Shown: positions 1 to 10,226, numbered from the stretch's first letter. The stretch: 64,000 nt of DNA from Candidatus Bathyarchaeota archaeon (GCA_043826455.1 JBDRQD010000030.1:38881-102880); one strand, 5' to 3'. Notes: generated by a model from the sequence alone, not told the origin. Translations and numbers: made by a program.

Positions 1-1
1 T

Positions 2-232
2 GGCGAAGAGTAGGCAGTCCACTCCACCCTCTCTGATGCGGGGTATATCGATCTGGCCGTGCTCAGACCTTTCTCCCAGCGTCCGCCTTGGCGGAAGCGG
101 GTTGGATTCGGAGGAAATGAATGGGGGTGCTTTGATGAGGTGGAGGACGGTGTCGTTGTGGGTGTCCACCACCAGAGAGGACTTATGGATGGCATGGGCC
201 CTCTCAGTCTGATCCTTGGACAGGTTAAACAT
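2..232 (-). CDS. Membrane dipeptidase (peptidase M19 / renal dipeptidase family), N-terminal part, runs off the window start
   Basis: Manual translation (not in ORF track): MFNLSKDQTERAHAIHKSSLVVDTHNDT...GQIDIPRIREGGVDCLLFA. The DxHND and D-x-PR-x-REGG motifs are typical of M19. Confidence 0.8.
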   Translation of the reverse strand, partial: MFNLSKDQTERAHAIHKSSLVVDTHNDTVLHLIKAPPFISSESNPLPPRRTLGERSEHGQIDIPRIREGGVDCLLFA

Positions 233-298
233 GGTTCTACTTGTTGTGTTCAGAGATTTATCAGGATCGCACATGCTGGTTGAGAGTCGTTCAGCTCC

Positions 299-1705
299 TC
301 AGGCCCCGAACTCGAAACCAAGCTCCTCCATCTCTTTCCTCATCTTATCGTATAGTTCCTGGAACTCCTGTCTCGGTGTTAGTGTCCTCGTGTTGTACAT
401 TTCGCCAAAGGTGTACCCCCATGGTCCGCCGTCATCGGTGACTTTTTTCTCGTATTTCTGTACGATCTGTCGCACCAGCTCGTTGGCGTCGTCTCTCTTG
501 ATGCCCACGGCGGCGCGTCCAAGCTCTGCGTGGAACTTGTTCTCCAGAGCGCTTCCCAGCATGGGCTTCACCTTGTACCTGCGTATCCCGCCGCCGCAGA
601 AGAGGTCGCGCCCTGAGGCCAGTCCGGCGATGCATAGCGCCGCTATCTCCCAGAGCTGCATCTCCGTGCCCGGCCCGGCGGCTGTCAAGAAGAACCTCCC
701 ATTGACTCCACGATAGTTTCTGGCTATAGCCTGCCCCGTGAGCTCTGTGCCCCACATCCCAGGGTTGATGCTTGAGATGGGCACAGGGCCCGGGCACCTC
801 GTCAGCCCGTGGTCGCCGTAGACGGGGCTTACCCTATGGTGGTAGACCATCGCTGCACCCAGGAAGTCCGCTATGGAGACCACAGCTGCGCCCTCGGGTC
901 CACCGCCCCAGCCGCCAATGACTGACCCTCCATGTGTGGCCCTTATGCAGCCGTAATCGAGGGCGTAGGCTACTTTCCCCAGGGCTTCGTAGTCAGTCTT
1001 GAGCTCAGCTATGAGAGATACCATCAGGCCATCGGAACTTCTGACACCATTCTCAGGGTTGCACGCAGCGATGTCCGCGATGGCTGACGGACACGCTGAG
1101 ACAAAGTGTAGCCCAGGTCTCCCCGCCCTCCTTATGGCTTCGCGCGCCCACGACGCCATACACCTGCCCAGGTGCAGCTCAAGGGGCGACCCCTTTCGTA
1201 GCGTGTGGCCCTCAGATGTGTGAACGGGGGGCCCCACGTAGAGCCCATCGATGAGAGGTTCCTGGGCTATGCTCTGATACAGCTTGACGAAGTTCTCTCC
1301 TTCCTGTATGTCGCTCTCGATGACGCCCCCGATGATTACAGGTGGCCTGGTTCCCTCTATACCTCTACGAGTTACTACCCGTTTTTCGCCCCCTTCGCCG
1401 ATCTCGACTTCACCGCGGACGTCTCTTAGCGCCTCTTTTACCTCGGATTCCTTGAACTTGATTACGCGCCTGGTGTTCACACAGTATACGCCGAGTTCCA
1501 GGAAAAGCTCGAAACCCGCCTTCCAGACGTCGTCGGCCAGGCTGTCGTCGTTGGGCACGTAGACCTCTGGATCATATTTTATTTCATATTCGTTAACTAG
1601 CCTCGACGCCGATCTGAATATCTTCATGTCGAAGTCTCTTACACTCGTCTCCGCTCCAGTGTTGCATGCCCTGTTGAGTATCTCCCAGAAGTTTGTGGTG
1701 CTCAC
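299..1705 (-). CDS. mtmB: Monomethylamine methyltransferase MtmB homolog, pyrrolysine-free
   Basis: 468 aa; DDSLADDVWKAG, GVYCxNTRRVIKF, RRAGRPG, GGGPEGAA and AGPGTEM motifs; no in-frame TAG. Confidence 0.85.
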   Translation of the reverse strand: MSTTNFWEILNRACNTGAETSVRDFDMKIFRSASRLVNEYEIKYDPEVYVPNDDSLADDVWKAGFELFLELGVYCVNTRRVIKFKESEVKEALRDVRGEVEIGEGGEKRVVTRRGIEGTRPPVIIGGVIESDIQEGENFVKLYQSIAQEPLIDGLYVGPPVHTSEGHTLRKGSPLELHLGRCMASWAREAIRRAGRPGLHFVSACPSAIADIAACNPENGVRSSDGLMVSLIAELKTDYEALGKVAYALDYGCIRATHGGSVIGGWGGGPEGAAVVSIADFLGAAMVYHHRVSPVYGDHGLTRCPGPVPISSINPGMWGTELTGQAIARNYRGVNGRFFLTAAGPGTEMQLWEIAALCIAGLASGRDLFCGGGIRRYKVKPMLGSALENKFHAELGRAAVGIKRDDANELVRQIVQKYEKKVTDDGGPWGYTFGEMYNTRTLTPRQEFQELYDKMRKEMEELGFEFGA

Positions 1706-1736
1706 CTTTTCTATCCTCCGTGATCATATTCGGTTG

Positions 1737-3155
1737 CTAGAACTCGAGTCCCAGGTCCTCCAGCTCCTTCTTCACCCCATCATATACTTCGAGGAACTTC
1801 TTCCTAGGCTTCAAGGTCTTCAGGTCGTATATCTCGTCGAAGGTGTACCCCACGGGGCCGCCGTCCGAGTCCCTAGTGATCCTGTGCTCATACTTTGAGA
1901 GCATCTCGTCAGCTAACGTGTTGGCGAAGTCGCGCTTCACCTTTGACATTGCGTGGCCGACCTCACCCCAGAACCTGTTCTCCAGGCCGCTGCCCAGGAG
2001 AGGCTTCACCTTGAACCTTCTAACCCCCTGGGAGAGCCCTTCTCTGCCGCATGGGATCGACGCGCACAGGGCCGCCACAATCTCCTGGAACTGCATCTCT
2101 GTGCCCGGCCCCGCGTTGGTCATGGCTACAGCCGTGTTGATGATCTTGGTGTTCCTCGAGATGGCTTGGCTGCCGATGGCTGAGCCCCAGACGCAGGGGC
2201 GGGTGACGAAGGCGCTGTAGTTGGGTGTCGAGGCCCTCAGGTAGCCCAGGGCGTGGTAGGATGCCCCTACCCCAACCTTGTAGACCATCACCGCCATTAT
2301 GGCGTTGGCGATGGACACGATCAGCGCGCCCTCTGGTCCGCCGGCCCAGCCTCCGATCATCCCTCCGTTATACACGTGTTTCACGCAGCCGTAGTCGTGG
2401 CTGTAGACCACCTTGTTCAGGTTCTCGTAATCAGTCTTCAGCTCAGGCATGATCGTGGAGACGATCCCATCCGATCTCCGCAGCCCCTCGATGGGGTCGC
2501 AGGCGGCTACGTTGGCGATGGCCGATGTGCACGCCGATATGAAGTGCATCCCCGGCCTACCTGCCCGCCTCGTCGCCTCGCGCACCCAGGACGCCATGGA
2601 GCACCCGAGGTGCGTCTCCAGGGGCGTCCCAGACCTGACCATTTTGCCTTCAGATGATTGAAGAGGAGGGCCGACATAGAAGCCGTCGATGAGGGGCTCC
2701 TGGGCTATCGACTGGTAGAGCTTGACGAAAAGCTCCCCCTCGGGGACGTTGCTCTCGATTACGCCCCCGCAGACGATGGAGGGGGGGCTCCTATCCTCCA
2801 CGCCTCTGAGAGTCAGGTGTCTTCTTTCTGAGCCCTCGCCGATGACGGCCTCGCCCCTGAGCTCCCTGAGCCCCTCTTTAATCTCCGAGTCGTCGAAGCT
2901 GATCACTCTGCTGGAGTTCATGCAGTACGCCCCCACCTCTGTGAAGAGCTGGAGGCCTGCCCTCCAGGCGTCGTCGGCCAGGCTGTCGTCGGAAGAAACC
3001 GGTGTCGTGGGATCATATTTGATGCCGTACTCGCCCACGAGCCTTGAAGCCACCTTGAACAGCTTCATGTCGAAGTCTTTTGTAGCCATAGGCTTCCCGG
3101 TGTTACAGGCCCTGTCTAGGACCTCCCAGAGGCTCGGAGCTGCCAGCGTTATCAC
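1737..3155 (-). CDS. mtmB: MtmB homolog, pyrrolysine-free (paralog 2)
   Basis: 472 aa; clearly paralogous to 299..1705 (KLYQSIAQEPLIDG, AGRPGMHF, GGPEGA, AGPGTEM). Confidence 0.85.
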   Translation of the reverse strand: MITLAAPSLWEVLDRACNTGKPMATKDFDMKLFKVASRLVGEYGIKYDPTTPVSSDDSLADDAWRAGLQLFTEVGAYCMNSSRVISFDDSEIKEGLRELRGEAVIGEGSERRHLTLRGVEDRSPPSIVCGGVIESNVPEGELFVKLYQSIAQEPLIDGFYVGPPLQSSEGKMVRSGTPLETHLGCSMASWVREATRRAGRPGMHFISACTSAIANVAACDPIEGLRRSDGIVSTIMPELKTDYENLNKVVYSHDYGCVKHVYNGGMIGGWAGGPEGALIVSIANAIMAVMVYKVGVGASYHALGYLRASTPNYSAFVTRPCVWGSAIGSQAISRNTKIINTAVAMTNAGPGTEMQFQEIVAALCASIPCGREGLSQGVRRFKVKPLLGSGLENRFWGEVGHAMSKVKRDFANTLADEMLSKYEHRITRDSDGGPVGYTFDEIYDLKTLKPRKKFLEVYDGVKKELEDLGLEF

Positions 3156-3808
3156 TCCTGTTTTGAGACGAGCTTCTTGGCTACCTTGACAGCCTCACTC
3201 GCGTCCTTGCCGTACCCGTCTGCGCCGATGGCTGTCGCCCACTCCTTCGAGACCGGCCCGCCTCCGATCAATATCTTGTACTTGTCCCTGAGGCCAGCGG
3301 CCTCCAGGGCCTCGACTAGGTCCTTCATGAAGGGCATCGTTGTCGTCATGAGAGACGACGCCGCGATGATGTCCGCGTCGACCTCCTTTGCTTTTTCTAT
3401 GAAGGCCAGGCTCTGTGTGTTGCAACCCATGTCGTAGACCTTGAACCCGTTCGCCCTGAGCATCGAGGCGACGATGCGAAGGCCGAGATCGTGGATGTCT
3501 CCCTCGACGGTCCCTATCACAACTGTTCCCCGGCTCGTGGCCTCCAGCTCCTCTTTAGGCATGTGGGCTTCAAGGACCTTGATGGCGGCTTCCATGGCCT
3601 CCGCGCCGAGCACCAGGTGAGGCAGCCACAGCTCCCCAGCCTCAAACTTGTCTCCGATTGTTCGCAGGCCCACTGCCAGACCCTCCTCGATGGCCTTCAC
3701 AGGGTTTATTTTCGCAGCGACAGCGGCCCTCGCAGCGTCAGCCGCGGCTTCGGCGTCAAAACTCTGCACAGCGTCAGATAGCCCTTTTAAAATCTCGTTT
3801 TCCTTCAC
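3152..3808 (-). CDS. Methyltransferase cognate corrinoid (B12-binding) protein, MtmC/MtbC-like
   Basis: N-terminal cap domain; DIHDLG (DxHxxG), SSLMTT and IGGG cobalamin-binding motifs. Confidence 0.92.
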   Translation of the reverse strand: MKENEILKGLSDAVQSFDAEAAADAARAAVAAKINPVKAIEEGLAVGLRTIGDKFEAGELWLPHLVLGAEAMEAAIKVLEAHMPKEELEATSRGTVVIGTVEGDIHDLGLRIVASMLRANGFKVYDMGCNTQSLAFIEKAKEVDADIIAASSLMTTTMPFMKDLVEALEAAGLRDKYKILIGGGPVSKEWATAIGADGYGKDASEAVKVAKKLVSKQE

Positions 3809-3885
3809 TTTGAATACACTAGATTTAAAATACGTTTGATAAAATATGTAAAGCTACTTACGCGTTCACACGCGGCGGTACCGAT

Positions 3886-5271
3886 GTGGATGACATGATA
3901 AGCCTAGTGGAAATCGCTGACCGTATGCGTACCGGCCCAAAGATGGCCGCCAAGGACTGGGACATGGCCTTGTTCAGGAGAATGACGGGGCTCGTGAAGG
4001 AGTACGACATCAAGTGTCCCACAGAGCAATCCAACTGGTTAAACACCGACGACAGCCTGGCCGACGCCGCATGGAAGGCAGCGGTGGATTTCGTCGTCGA
4101 AAACGGTTGCCTGTGCCTCGACAGGGAGCGTGTCATCAGGTTCACGGAGGAGGAGGTCAGGGAGGCTGTGCGCTCCATGCAGCGGGAGGTTGTGATGGGC
4201 GAGGGCAAGGACGCCCGCGTGTGGAAGCAGCACAAGATAGAGGGGACAGAGCCTCTTAACATCGCGCCCGGGCACCACGCCCCCTTCACGGAGGACCTGG
4301 CGAACACGGTTGTCCACAACTTCGCCATGATCCCTCGCCTCGACTTCCTAGAGGGATTCAACTTCCCAATGATCGACGGCTACGACATCTACGGGTTACC
4401 CCTCGAGGCGTACGCGTCCAGACGCCAGGTAGCGTGGCTCAGAGAAGGAGTGAGGAAGGCCGGCAGACCAGGCGCAGCCATCGTCTACTACCCCATCTCC
4501 ACGGCGGCCTCCTCGTTCCTAGCCACCATCGACACCGTGGCCGGGCTGAGGCCGACGGACGGCGTCCTACTGTCAGTGCTGCCCGACGTGAAGGTGCAGT
4601 ACGACCTGTTAACGGCGGCCCTCGTCCTCCAGAGCCACGGATACTTCGGGATCAGCGGCAGCTTCGGCATAGCCGGCGGCTTCGCCGGAGGCCCCGAGGG
4701 CGCCATAATCGAGAGCCTGGTGAAGACCATCGTCGCATGGATCGTATACCGGGACAACCTGTACTACAACGGCGTCGAGCACTTCAGCCACGTCAGCGGA
4801 GGCAGACGATGCATGTTTCCCATAAACTTTGCGCGCTCAGTCGTCTACCAGGCGACGATAAGGAACAGTAACGGCATCCCGATGCAGTGGCCCATCCCCG
4901 TCAGCGAGCTCTGCACGGAGAGCCACCTGGAGGAGCTGGTCCTGAGAAGCATAGAGGCGGCCGTGAACGGCGCCAACCTGTACGTCCCCCGCGTGAGCCG
5001 AAGCCGCATGAACGGCGGGCAGACCCCGGCGGACGCCGAACTCATGATAGAGGCCTCTGACGCGGCCATCCGGACAGGGATAAAGCGGGGCGAAGTGTAT
5101 GAGATGTTCAAGCCCATCATAGAGAAACTCTTGGCCAACTCAACGCCGGAGCCGGGCAAATTGATCACAGAGTGCTACGACCTCCAGCGCCACAAGCCGA
5201 GCACAGAGTACCAGGAACTCATCACGAGAGTCAAGGACGAGTTCAGCGGCTGCGGGCTACGGTGGGAGTGA
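3886..5271 (+). CDS. mtmB: MtmB homolog, pyrrolysine-free (divergent paralog 3)
   Basis: 461 aa; DDSLADAAWKAA, RVIRFTEEEV, RKAGRPG and GFAGGPEGA motifs; no TAG. Confidence 0.82.
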   Translation: MDDMISLVEIADRMRTGPKMAAKDWDMALFRRMTGLVKEYDIKCPTEQSNWLNTDDSLADAAWKAAVDFVVENGCLCLDRERVIRFTEEEVREAVRSMQREVVMGEGKDARVWKQHKIEGTEPLNIAPGHHAPFTEDLANTVVHNFAMIPRLDFLEGFNFPMIDGYDIYGLPLEAYASRRQVAWLREGVRKAGRPGAAIVYYPISTAASSFLATIDTVAGLRPTDGVLLSVLPDVKVQYDLLTAALVLQSHGYFGISGSFGIAGGFAGGPEGAIIESLVKTIVAWIVYRDNLYYNGVEHFSHVSGGRRCMFPINFARSVVYQATIRNSNGIPMQWPIPVSELCTESHLEELVLRSIEAAVNGANLYVPRVSRSRMNGGQTPADAELMIEASDAAIRTGIKRGEVYEMFKPIIEKLLANSTPEPGKLITECYDLQRHKPSTEYQELITRVKDEFSGCGLRWE

Positions 5272-5345
5272 GCGAAAGCTCTCCACCCCCATACCCATTT
5301 CTGTAGATCATGAGGAGAGTCAATCATTTTAATCCTTAAACGCTG

Positions 5346-7253
5346 TTGAATACATCCATGCATGGCCCTGACAGCGAAGCTTCAGTCAGAATAGTCTTTG
5401 AACCCGACGGTAACACGGTTCGAGTTCAGCCCGGAGTCAGTCTGTCCAAAGCAGCCGTCAGGGCGGGCAACATGATGAGGTTCGAGTGCGGCGGGAACGG
5501 TAAGTGCGGGAAATGCAGGATGATCGTAAAGGATCAAGGCCCGTTAACGGAGATCACGATCCATGAGAGAAGGCACCTGTCCCCCTCCGAGATAGAGGCA
5601 GGGTACCGCCTAGCGTGTCAGGCACACGTCAACAAGGACGTCGTGGTCTACATACCTCCGGAGAGCCGGGTTGAGCGGAGGAAGCTACAGGTCACAGGCC
5701 ACGAGACGCCCATCACCATAGATCCCTACGTGGATAAATTCCACGTCGTTCTACCGAAGCCCACTCTAGACGACTCTAAGCCCGATCTTGAGAGACTCGC
5801 CAGCATTCTCCAGGAAGAGCACGGCGTGGGGGCACTTGAGATCGAGCAAGCCCTCCTGCAACAGCTGCCAAGGGTCCTCCGTGAGGCCGAATGGGACATA
5901 ACCGTCGCGGTCTGGGAAGGCGATAAGATCATCGCCGTCGAGCCTGGGGATACAACCGGAATAATGTATGGGGTAGCCGTCGACGTTGGGACCTCCAAGA
6001 TGGTTGTACATCTTGTAGACCTTTTAACAGGTGAGACTCACGGGGTCGGGTCAGTCGAGAACCCTCAGATAATGCGCGGCGAGGACCTGCTCACCCGCGT
6101 CTCGTACACCATGACAGAGGTGGGCGGCCTTGCCGAATTACAGAGCCAGGCGGTGAGCGGGGTGAACACCGCATTACGAGCCGCCTGCCGAGAGGCAGCC
6201 GTCGATCCTAGCCACATCTACGAGGCGACGGTTGTCGGTAACACCGTGATGCATCACTTCCTTCTCGCCATCGAGCCCAGGTACCTCTCATTATCACCCT
6301 TCACACCGGCCTTGAAGGGGCCGATCAATGTGAGGGCGAGAGACCTCGGCTTCCAGATGAACCCCCACGGTGTCGTCATCATGATGCCCCTCGTAGCTGG
6401 CTTCGTCGGATCAGACGCGGTGGCGGATGTCTTATCGAGCGGCGTATATGAAGGGAGGGAGGCCTCACTACTCCTCGATATTGGCACCAATACGGAGATT
6501 TTTCTGGGCAACGACGAGGGCTTAATATGCTGCTCCTGCGCCTCAGGCCCCGCCTTCGAGGGGGGCCACATCAGGCACGGCATGAAGGCCGTGACAGGGG
6601 CCATCGAGAACGTTTCCCTCAACCCCTCAACTCATCGGGCTGACTTCAGCACGATCGGAGGCGGCAGGCCAAGAGGCCTCTGCGGCTCAGCCATGATAGA
6701 CATAGTCGCGGAGTTGAGGAGGAACGGGGTAATCGACAGCACAGGAAAGTTTGTGTCAGGCCATGACTCCCCGTCGCTAAAAATGGGTGAAGGTAAGCCC
6801 GTGTTCGTCCTGGTGAATGAGGAGGACTCGGCGACGGGGCAGGAGATAGTGGTGACTCAGAGGGATATCAACGAGATCCAGAGAGCAAAGGCAGCCATCT
6901 ACTCTGGCTGCTCCATACTGATGAGAAGAAGAAACCTTAGAGAAGGAGACATCTCACGTATACTGATCTCAGGGGCCTTCGGGAGAAGCCTGAACCCTGA
7001 GAACGCGAGGCTTCTCGGCTTGGTGCCTGATCTGCCCGCGGAGAAGATCAGGTTACTGGGTAACACGGCGGTGACAGGCGCGAAGATGGCACTCCTCTCA
7101 AAGAAGGCTAGAGAACAAGCGAACGTGATATCGGATAAGGTAAAATATCTCGAGCTTTCCAGTGACCCCTTGTTCGGCTCCGAGTTCGCTATGGCCCTCT
7201 TCATCCCGCACAGAGACTCGACCCGGTTTCAGTCCTTATCCCTGTCCTCCTGA
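5346..7253 (+). CDS. ASKHA-domain reductive activator of corrinoid proteins (RACo/RamA-like) with N-terminal 2Fe-2S ferredoxin
   Basis: CGGNGKCGKC...RLAC 2Fe-2S motif; DVGT, DIGTNTEI, GPAFEG and GLCGS motifs. The true start may be the ATG at 5358. Confidence 0.9.
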   Translation: MNTSMHGPDSEASVRIVFEPDGNTVRVQPGVSLSKAAVRAGNMMRFECGGNGKCGKCRMIVKDQGPLTEITIHERRHLSPSEIEAGYRLACQAHVNKDVVVYIPPESRVERRKLQVTGHETPITIDPYVDKFHVVLPKPTLDDSKPDLERLASILQEEHGVGALEIEQALLQQLPRVLREAEWDITVAVWEGDKIIAVEPGDTTGIMYGVAVDVGTSKMVVHLVDLLTGETHGVGSVENPQIMRGEDLLTRVSYTMTEVGGLAELQSQAVSGVNTALRAACREAAVDPSHIYEATVVGNTVMHHFLLAIEPRYLSLSPFTPALKGPINVRARDLGFQMNPHGVVIMMPLVAGFVGSDAVADVLSSGVYEGREASLLLDIGTNTEIFLGNDEGLICCSCASGPAFEGGHIRHGMKAVTGAIENVSLNPSTHRADFSTIGGGRPRGLCGSAMIDIVAELRRNGVIDSTGKFVSGHDSPSLKMGEGKPVFVLVNEEDSATGQEIVVTQRDINEIQRAKAAIYSGCSILMRRRNLREGDISRILISGAFGRSLNPENARLLGLVPDLPAEKIRLLGNTAVTGAKMALLSKKAREQANVISDKVKYLELSSDPLFGSEFAMALFIPHRDSTRFQSLSLSS

Positions 7254-7420
7254 ATCGCTTCAGTCGACGGCATCGCTGATAGATGGTTCACTCACGCGTT
7301 TCACTATTGTAGCCTGCAGAAAGGAACCCACACCGTGACGGTGCAGTGGAGAAACCAGGGGCCAGTACAGGGTCGCCTGTACGATAGGGTACTGGAAGTC
7401 TTCGCCATACTCACCCATGG

Positions 7421-8497
7421 TCAATTGATGATGTTTTCGTTTCTCAGTATGTCGATGAATCTCTCAGCTATGGTGCTCCACTCGAACTTCTCTATCATCA
7501 GCTTCCTGCCCGCGGCGCCCATCCTCAGTCTCTGCTCAGGGGCTTCCATGAGCTGCTCCACCCTCAGGACGAACTCGTCGAGGTCGTTGGTGGTGTAGCC
7601 GCTGACGCCGTCCTCAACCACCTCAGGTATGCCGCCGACCCGTGACGCGACCACGGGTTTACCTGAGGCCGCTGCTTCCTGGAGAACCATCCCCAGGGTG
7701 TCGAGGGATGAGGGGTGGATCACAAGGTCGCAGCTGGAGTAGTGTTTCTCTATGTCGTTTACGTAGCCTTTGAAGAAAACCTGATCTGAGAGCCCCAACT
7801 GGTCGACGTGGCGCTGAACCCTCGCCCTGTGGGGGCCGTCCCCCAGGAAGGTGATGGTGTAGTGGAGGCCGCTCTCCTTATACCTTCGCAGAAACGCGTA
7901 AAGGAGGCTGATCTTCTTGGGGACGGCGAAGTTCATGACGCACAGGATCTGGGACCTGTAGCCCTCAACCGGGGGCCTTATGTTGAATCTCTCCGTGTCC
8001 ACTCCGCATGGCAGCGCGTAAACTGGTTTCTCTAGGCCGTTTCTCTCCGCGCTTCTCTTCAGATACTCGGAGACGGCGACAACGAAGTCCACGTCGTCCA
8101 TGGAGACAGCGTTCTGGAGCAGCTTCACCCTGTAACCCAGCTTCTGTTTAAGGGATAGATCGTTATCCCTTGACTCCTCCCAGTAGTCGCCCTTAAGCCT
8201 CAGAATCACGGCTTTGGTTCGCCCCATCCTCTTGGCCATGCTGGCCCCCATGATCCCGTGGTAGGGGTTGTGAGTTACCAACAGGTCGCAGTCCACGGCA
8301 TCGATATAGCTTCTGGTGGGCAGCGACAGGGAGTTCCGGATGCTCTTCAACGGTATGGTGCTGCAAGTGAACCCCGCCGCTGACAGCTGAGCCCCGAGGG
8401 CCTCGAACTCTCCCCTCCACTCTATGAACTGGATGGAAGGCAGAGCAGAGCCGCTTCCATGATGAACTGTGCTTAAGGAGGCCGTTCGTTGATCCAC
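7421..8497 (-). CDS. Glycosyltransferase family 4 (GT-B)
   Basis: GVDTERF, GDGP and LQEAAASGKPVVASRVGGIPEVV motifs. Confidence 0.88.
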   Translation of the reverse strand: MDQRTASLSTVHHGSGSALPSIQFIEWRGEFEALGAQLSAAGFTCSTIPLKSIRNSLSLPTRSYIDAVDCDLLVTHNPYHGIMGASMAKRMGRTKAVILRLKGDYWEESRDNDLSLKQKLGYRVKLLQNAVSMDDVDFVVAVSEYLKRSAERNGLEKPVYALPCGVDTERFNIRPPVEGYRSQILCVMNFAVPKKISLLYAFLRRYKESGLHYTITFLGDGPHRARVQRHVDQLGLSDQVFFKGYVNDIEKHYSSCDLVIHPSSLDTLGMVLQEAAASGKPVVASRVGGIPEVVEDGVSGYTTNDLDEFVLRVEQLMEAPEQRLRMGAAGRKLMIEKFEWSTIAERFIDILRNENIIN

Positions 8498-8609
8498 GGC
8501 TCAAAGAGCGGATGTATTGATAAAATTCTATGTGAGTAAACTGTGACTACACGCTAGCAAGAGCTTTTGTTGGAAACGGACTTTTATATCCTCACGGGGT
8601 TAAGAGTTA

Positions 8610-9089
8610 GTGATGACAGAAAGATACGTTCTGAGGACCGGCGGCACCGGAAGGGTGGTCGTCGCCAGACTCAAGCCGAGGTCTGACCTTCTCCGCTCAC
8701 TCCAGCGGATTGTCGAGGAGAAGGGGGTCAAGGCCGCCGTCATCCTCTCCGGGGTTGGTCTCCTGTCGAATGCGTCGCTGCGGAACTGTAAGACGCTGCC
8801 GGACGAGTACCCCATCACAGACCGTAACAGAAGCTTCATGTCCTTCGATAAGCCCCTGGAGATCATAGGCTTGTCAGGGGACGTCAGCATGGTAGAGGGG
8901 AAGCCTCTTGTTCACGCCCATGTTATCCTTTCATACGTTGAGGACGAATCCATTAGGGTGGTGGGTGGCCACTTGGTTGAGGGTTGTAGGGTGTTCGGGT
9001 TCGCCGAGGTTTTCCTCCTGGAGCTCACAGGGATAGAGATGGTGAAGAACCTCGACGAGGAGACCCGGACACATCAGCTCTTCACATGA
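8610..9089 (+). CDS. PPC domain (DUF296) protein
   Basis: LEIIGLSGDV, HAHV and GGHL motifs. Confidence 0.85.
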   Translation: MMTERYVLRTGGTGRVVVARLKPRSDLLRSLQRIVEEKGVKAAVILSGVGLLSNASLRNCKTLPDEYPITDRNRSFMSFDKPLEIIGLSGDVSMVEGKPLVHAHVILSYVEDESIRVVGGHLVEGCRVFGFAEVFLLELTGIEMVKNLDEETRTHQLFT

Positions 9090-9140
9090 CTGCTGGTGTG
9101 CTTCCTGTTCCTCTGCCATGCGCATGGTTGGGTGCTTGTG

Positions 9141-9395
9141 CGCTCAGGGTCGGGTAACTTGTTTTATGGTGGAATAAACCGTTATAAAATGATACCCCCT
9201 ACGTTTTTTACACTCTGCTGCCATTGCTCTGTGCCTGATGTGCTGAATGAACCGTGATTTTGTGTGGAATGGGCGGCGTATTTGCATAGAATGGGATTGT
9301 AAAGGCGCGTTTCCTGGTTTCCTTTTTGCTTGGGGCGGCTGTTTCCGGTTCCTTCGCTCTACCCCCTCTCTGCTAATATCGCGGTTGGGGCTAGC
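9141..9395 (-). repeat. Non-coding ~250-bp repeat, copy A (approximate ends)
   Basis: Its reverse complement aligns by eye with 19445-19680 and 37745-38170, e.g. AACCGGAAACRGCYGCCCCA and AAAAAA(C)GTAGGGGG(G)TA. Confidence 0.8.
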
Positions 9396-9490
9396 CAGAT
9401 TTCTGCGACAACTGTAAAGTCTCAACGGACACGCCTTAAAACCATGAGTTATGTGTACCATAAACCTTTTCTTTTACCAATAAACTTGGA

Positions 9491-9724
9491 ATGGGGGTAA
9501 ATATGTCAATAGTTACCATTGATGCTCAGCGTCGCATATACCTCCCCAGGGAGCTGGGCTTCAAAGCAAAGAAGGCAATCATAGTACCTAGAGGAGAAAC
9601 CTACGTAATAATACCTGTCCCCGACGAAATCACCCCCATAGAGGCAGACGCAACAATAGAGGAGCTCAAGCACAGGGCCGAGGCGAAGGCGAGGAAGGAG
9701 GCCGAGGATGCTAATAGAGTCTGA
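9491..9724 (+). CDS. vapB: AbrB/MazE/SpoVT-type antitoxin
   Basis: VTIDAQRRIYLP swapped-hairpin motif; overlaps the downstream PIN gene. Confidence 0.75.
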   Translation: MGVNMSIVTIDAQRRIYLPRELGFKAKKAIIVPRGETYVIIPVPDEITPIEADATIEELKHRAEAKARKEAEDANRV

Positions 9725-10142
9725 TCTGTTTATCGCTTACATGAAGAAGGGCGACTGGCTCAAACCAGTGGCGGAGGAGATATTTGACGCCATATCATCG
9801 AAGCGGCTCAAAGATGTCCAGGCCTCATCGGAGGTCCTCCACGAGCTATACTACGTCTTTGTCGAGCACGCCCCCGTCTCCATCATACTAGGTAACGCAG
9901 CCAGGATGGCTACCATGGAGAACATTAGGTATGTAGACGCGACCCGGGAGATCTACCTATCCGCCCTCGAACTCGTGTCCACATACCAGCTGGCCTCCAT
10001 ATTCGACGCCATCTACGCGGCCACAGCCCTCACAGACACGGTTCCAGATCACACCATGCTGTCCACTGACTCAGCCTACGATAGGGTGCCCGGCTTAGCG
10101 AGGGTCGACCCAAGGAACCTAAAGATACCCTCAATGGCGTAG
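9708..10142 (+). CDS. vapC: PIN-domain VapC toxin
   Basis: LIESD, VLHEL, FDAIYAATA and LSTD acidic PIN motifs. Confidence 0.85.
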   Translation: MLIESDLFIAYMKKGDWLKPVAEEIFDAISSKRLKDVQASSEVLHELYYVFVEHAPVSIILGNAARMATMENIRYVDATREIYLSALELVSTYQLASIFDAIYAATALTDTVPDHTMLSTDSAYDRVPGLARVDPRNLKIPSMA

Positions 10143-10226
10143 ATGTGCAGTTTTTCAAGTAACTGGTGAGATTCAGCAGCTTGTATGCATAGAAAGCATT
10201 TGAGTTACCTGAGTTGAAACGGTTAA

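Noticed and set aside
299-5271. Pyrrolysine recoding in the MtmB homologs
   Set aside because: All three ORFs are full length with no internal TAG, and there are no pyl genes in the window.
9144-9461. 105-aa ORF (and 37875..38150) sharing KKRRG
   Set aside because: Both overlie the non-coding repeat; indels between copies break the frame, so conservation is at the DNA level.
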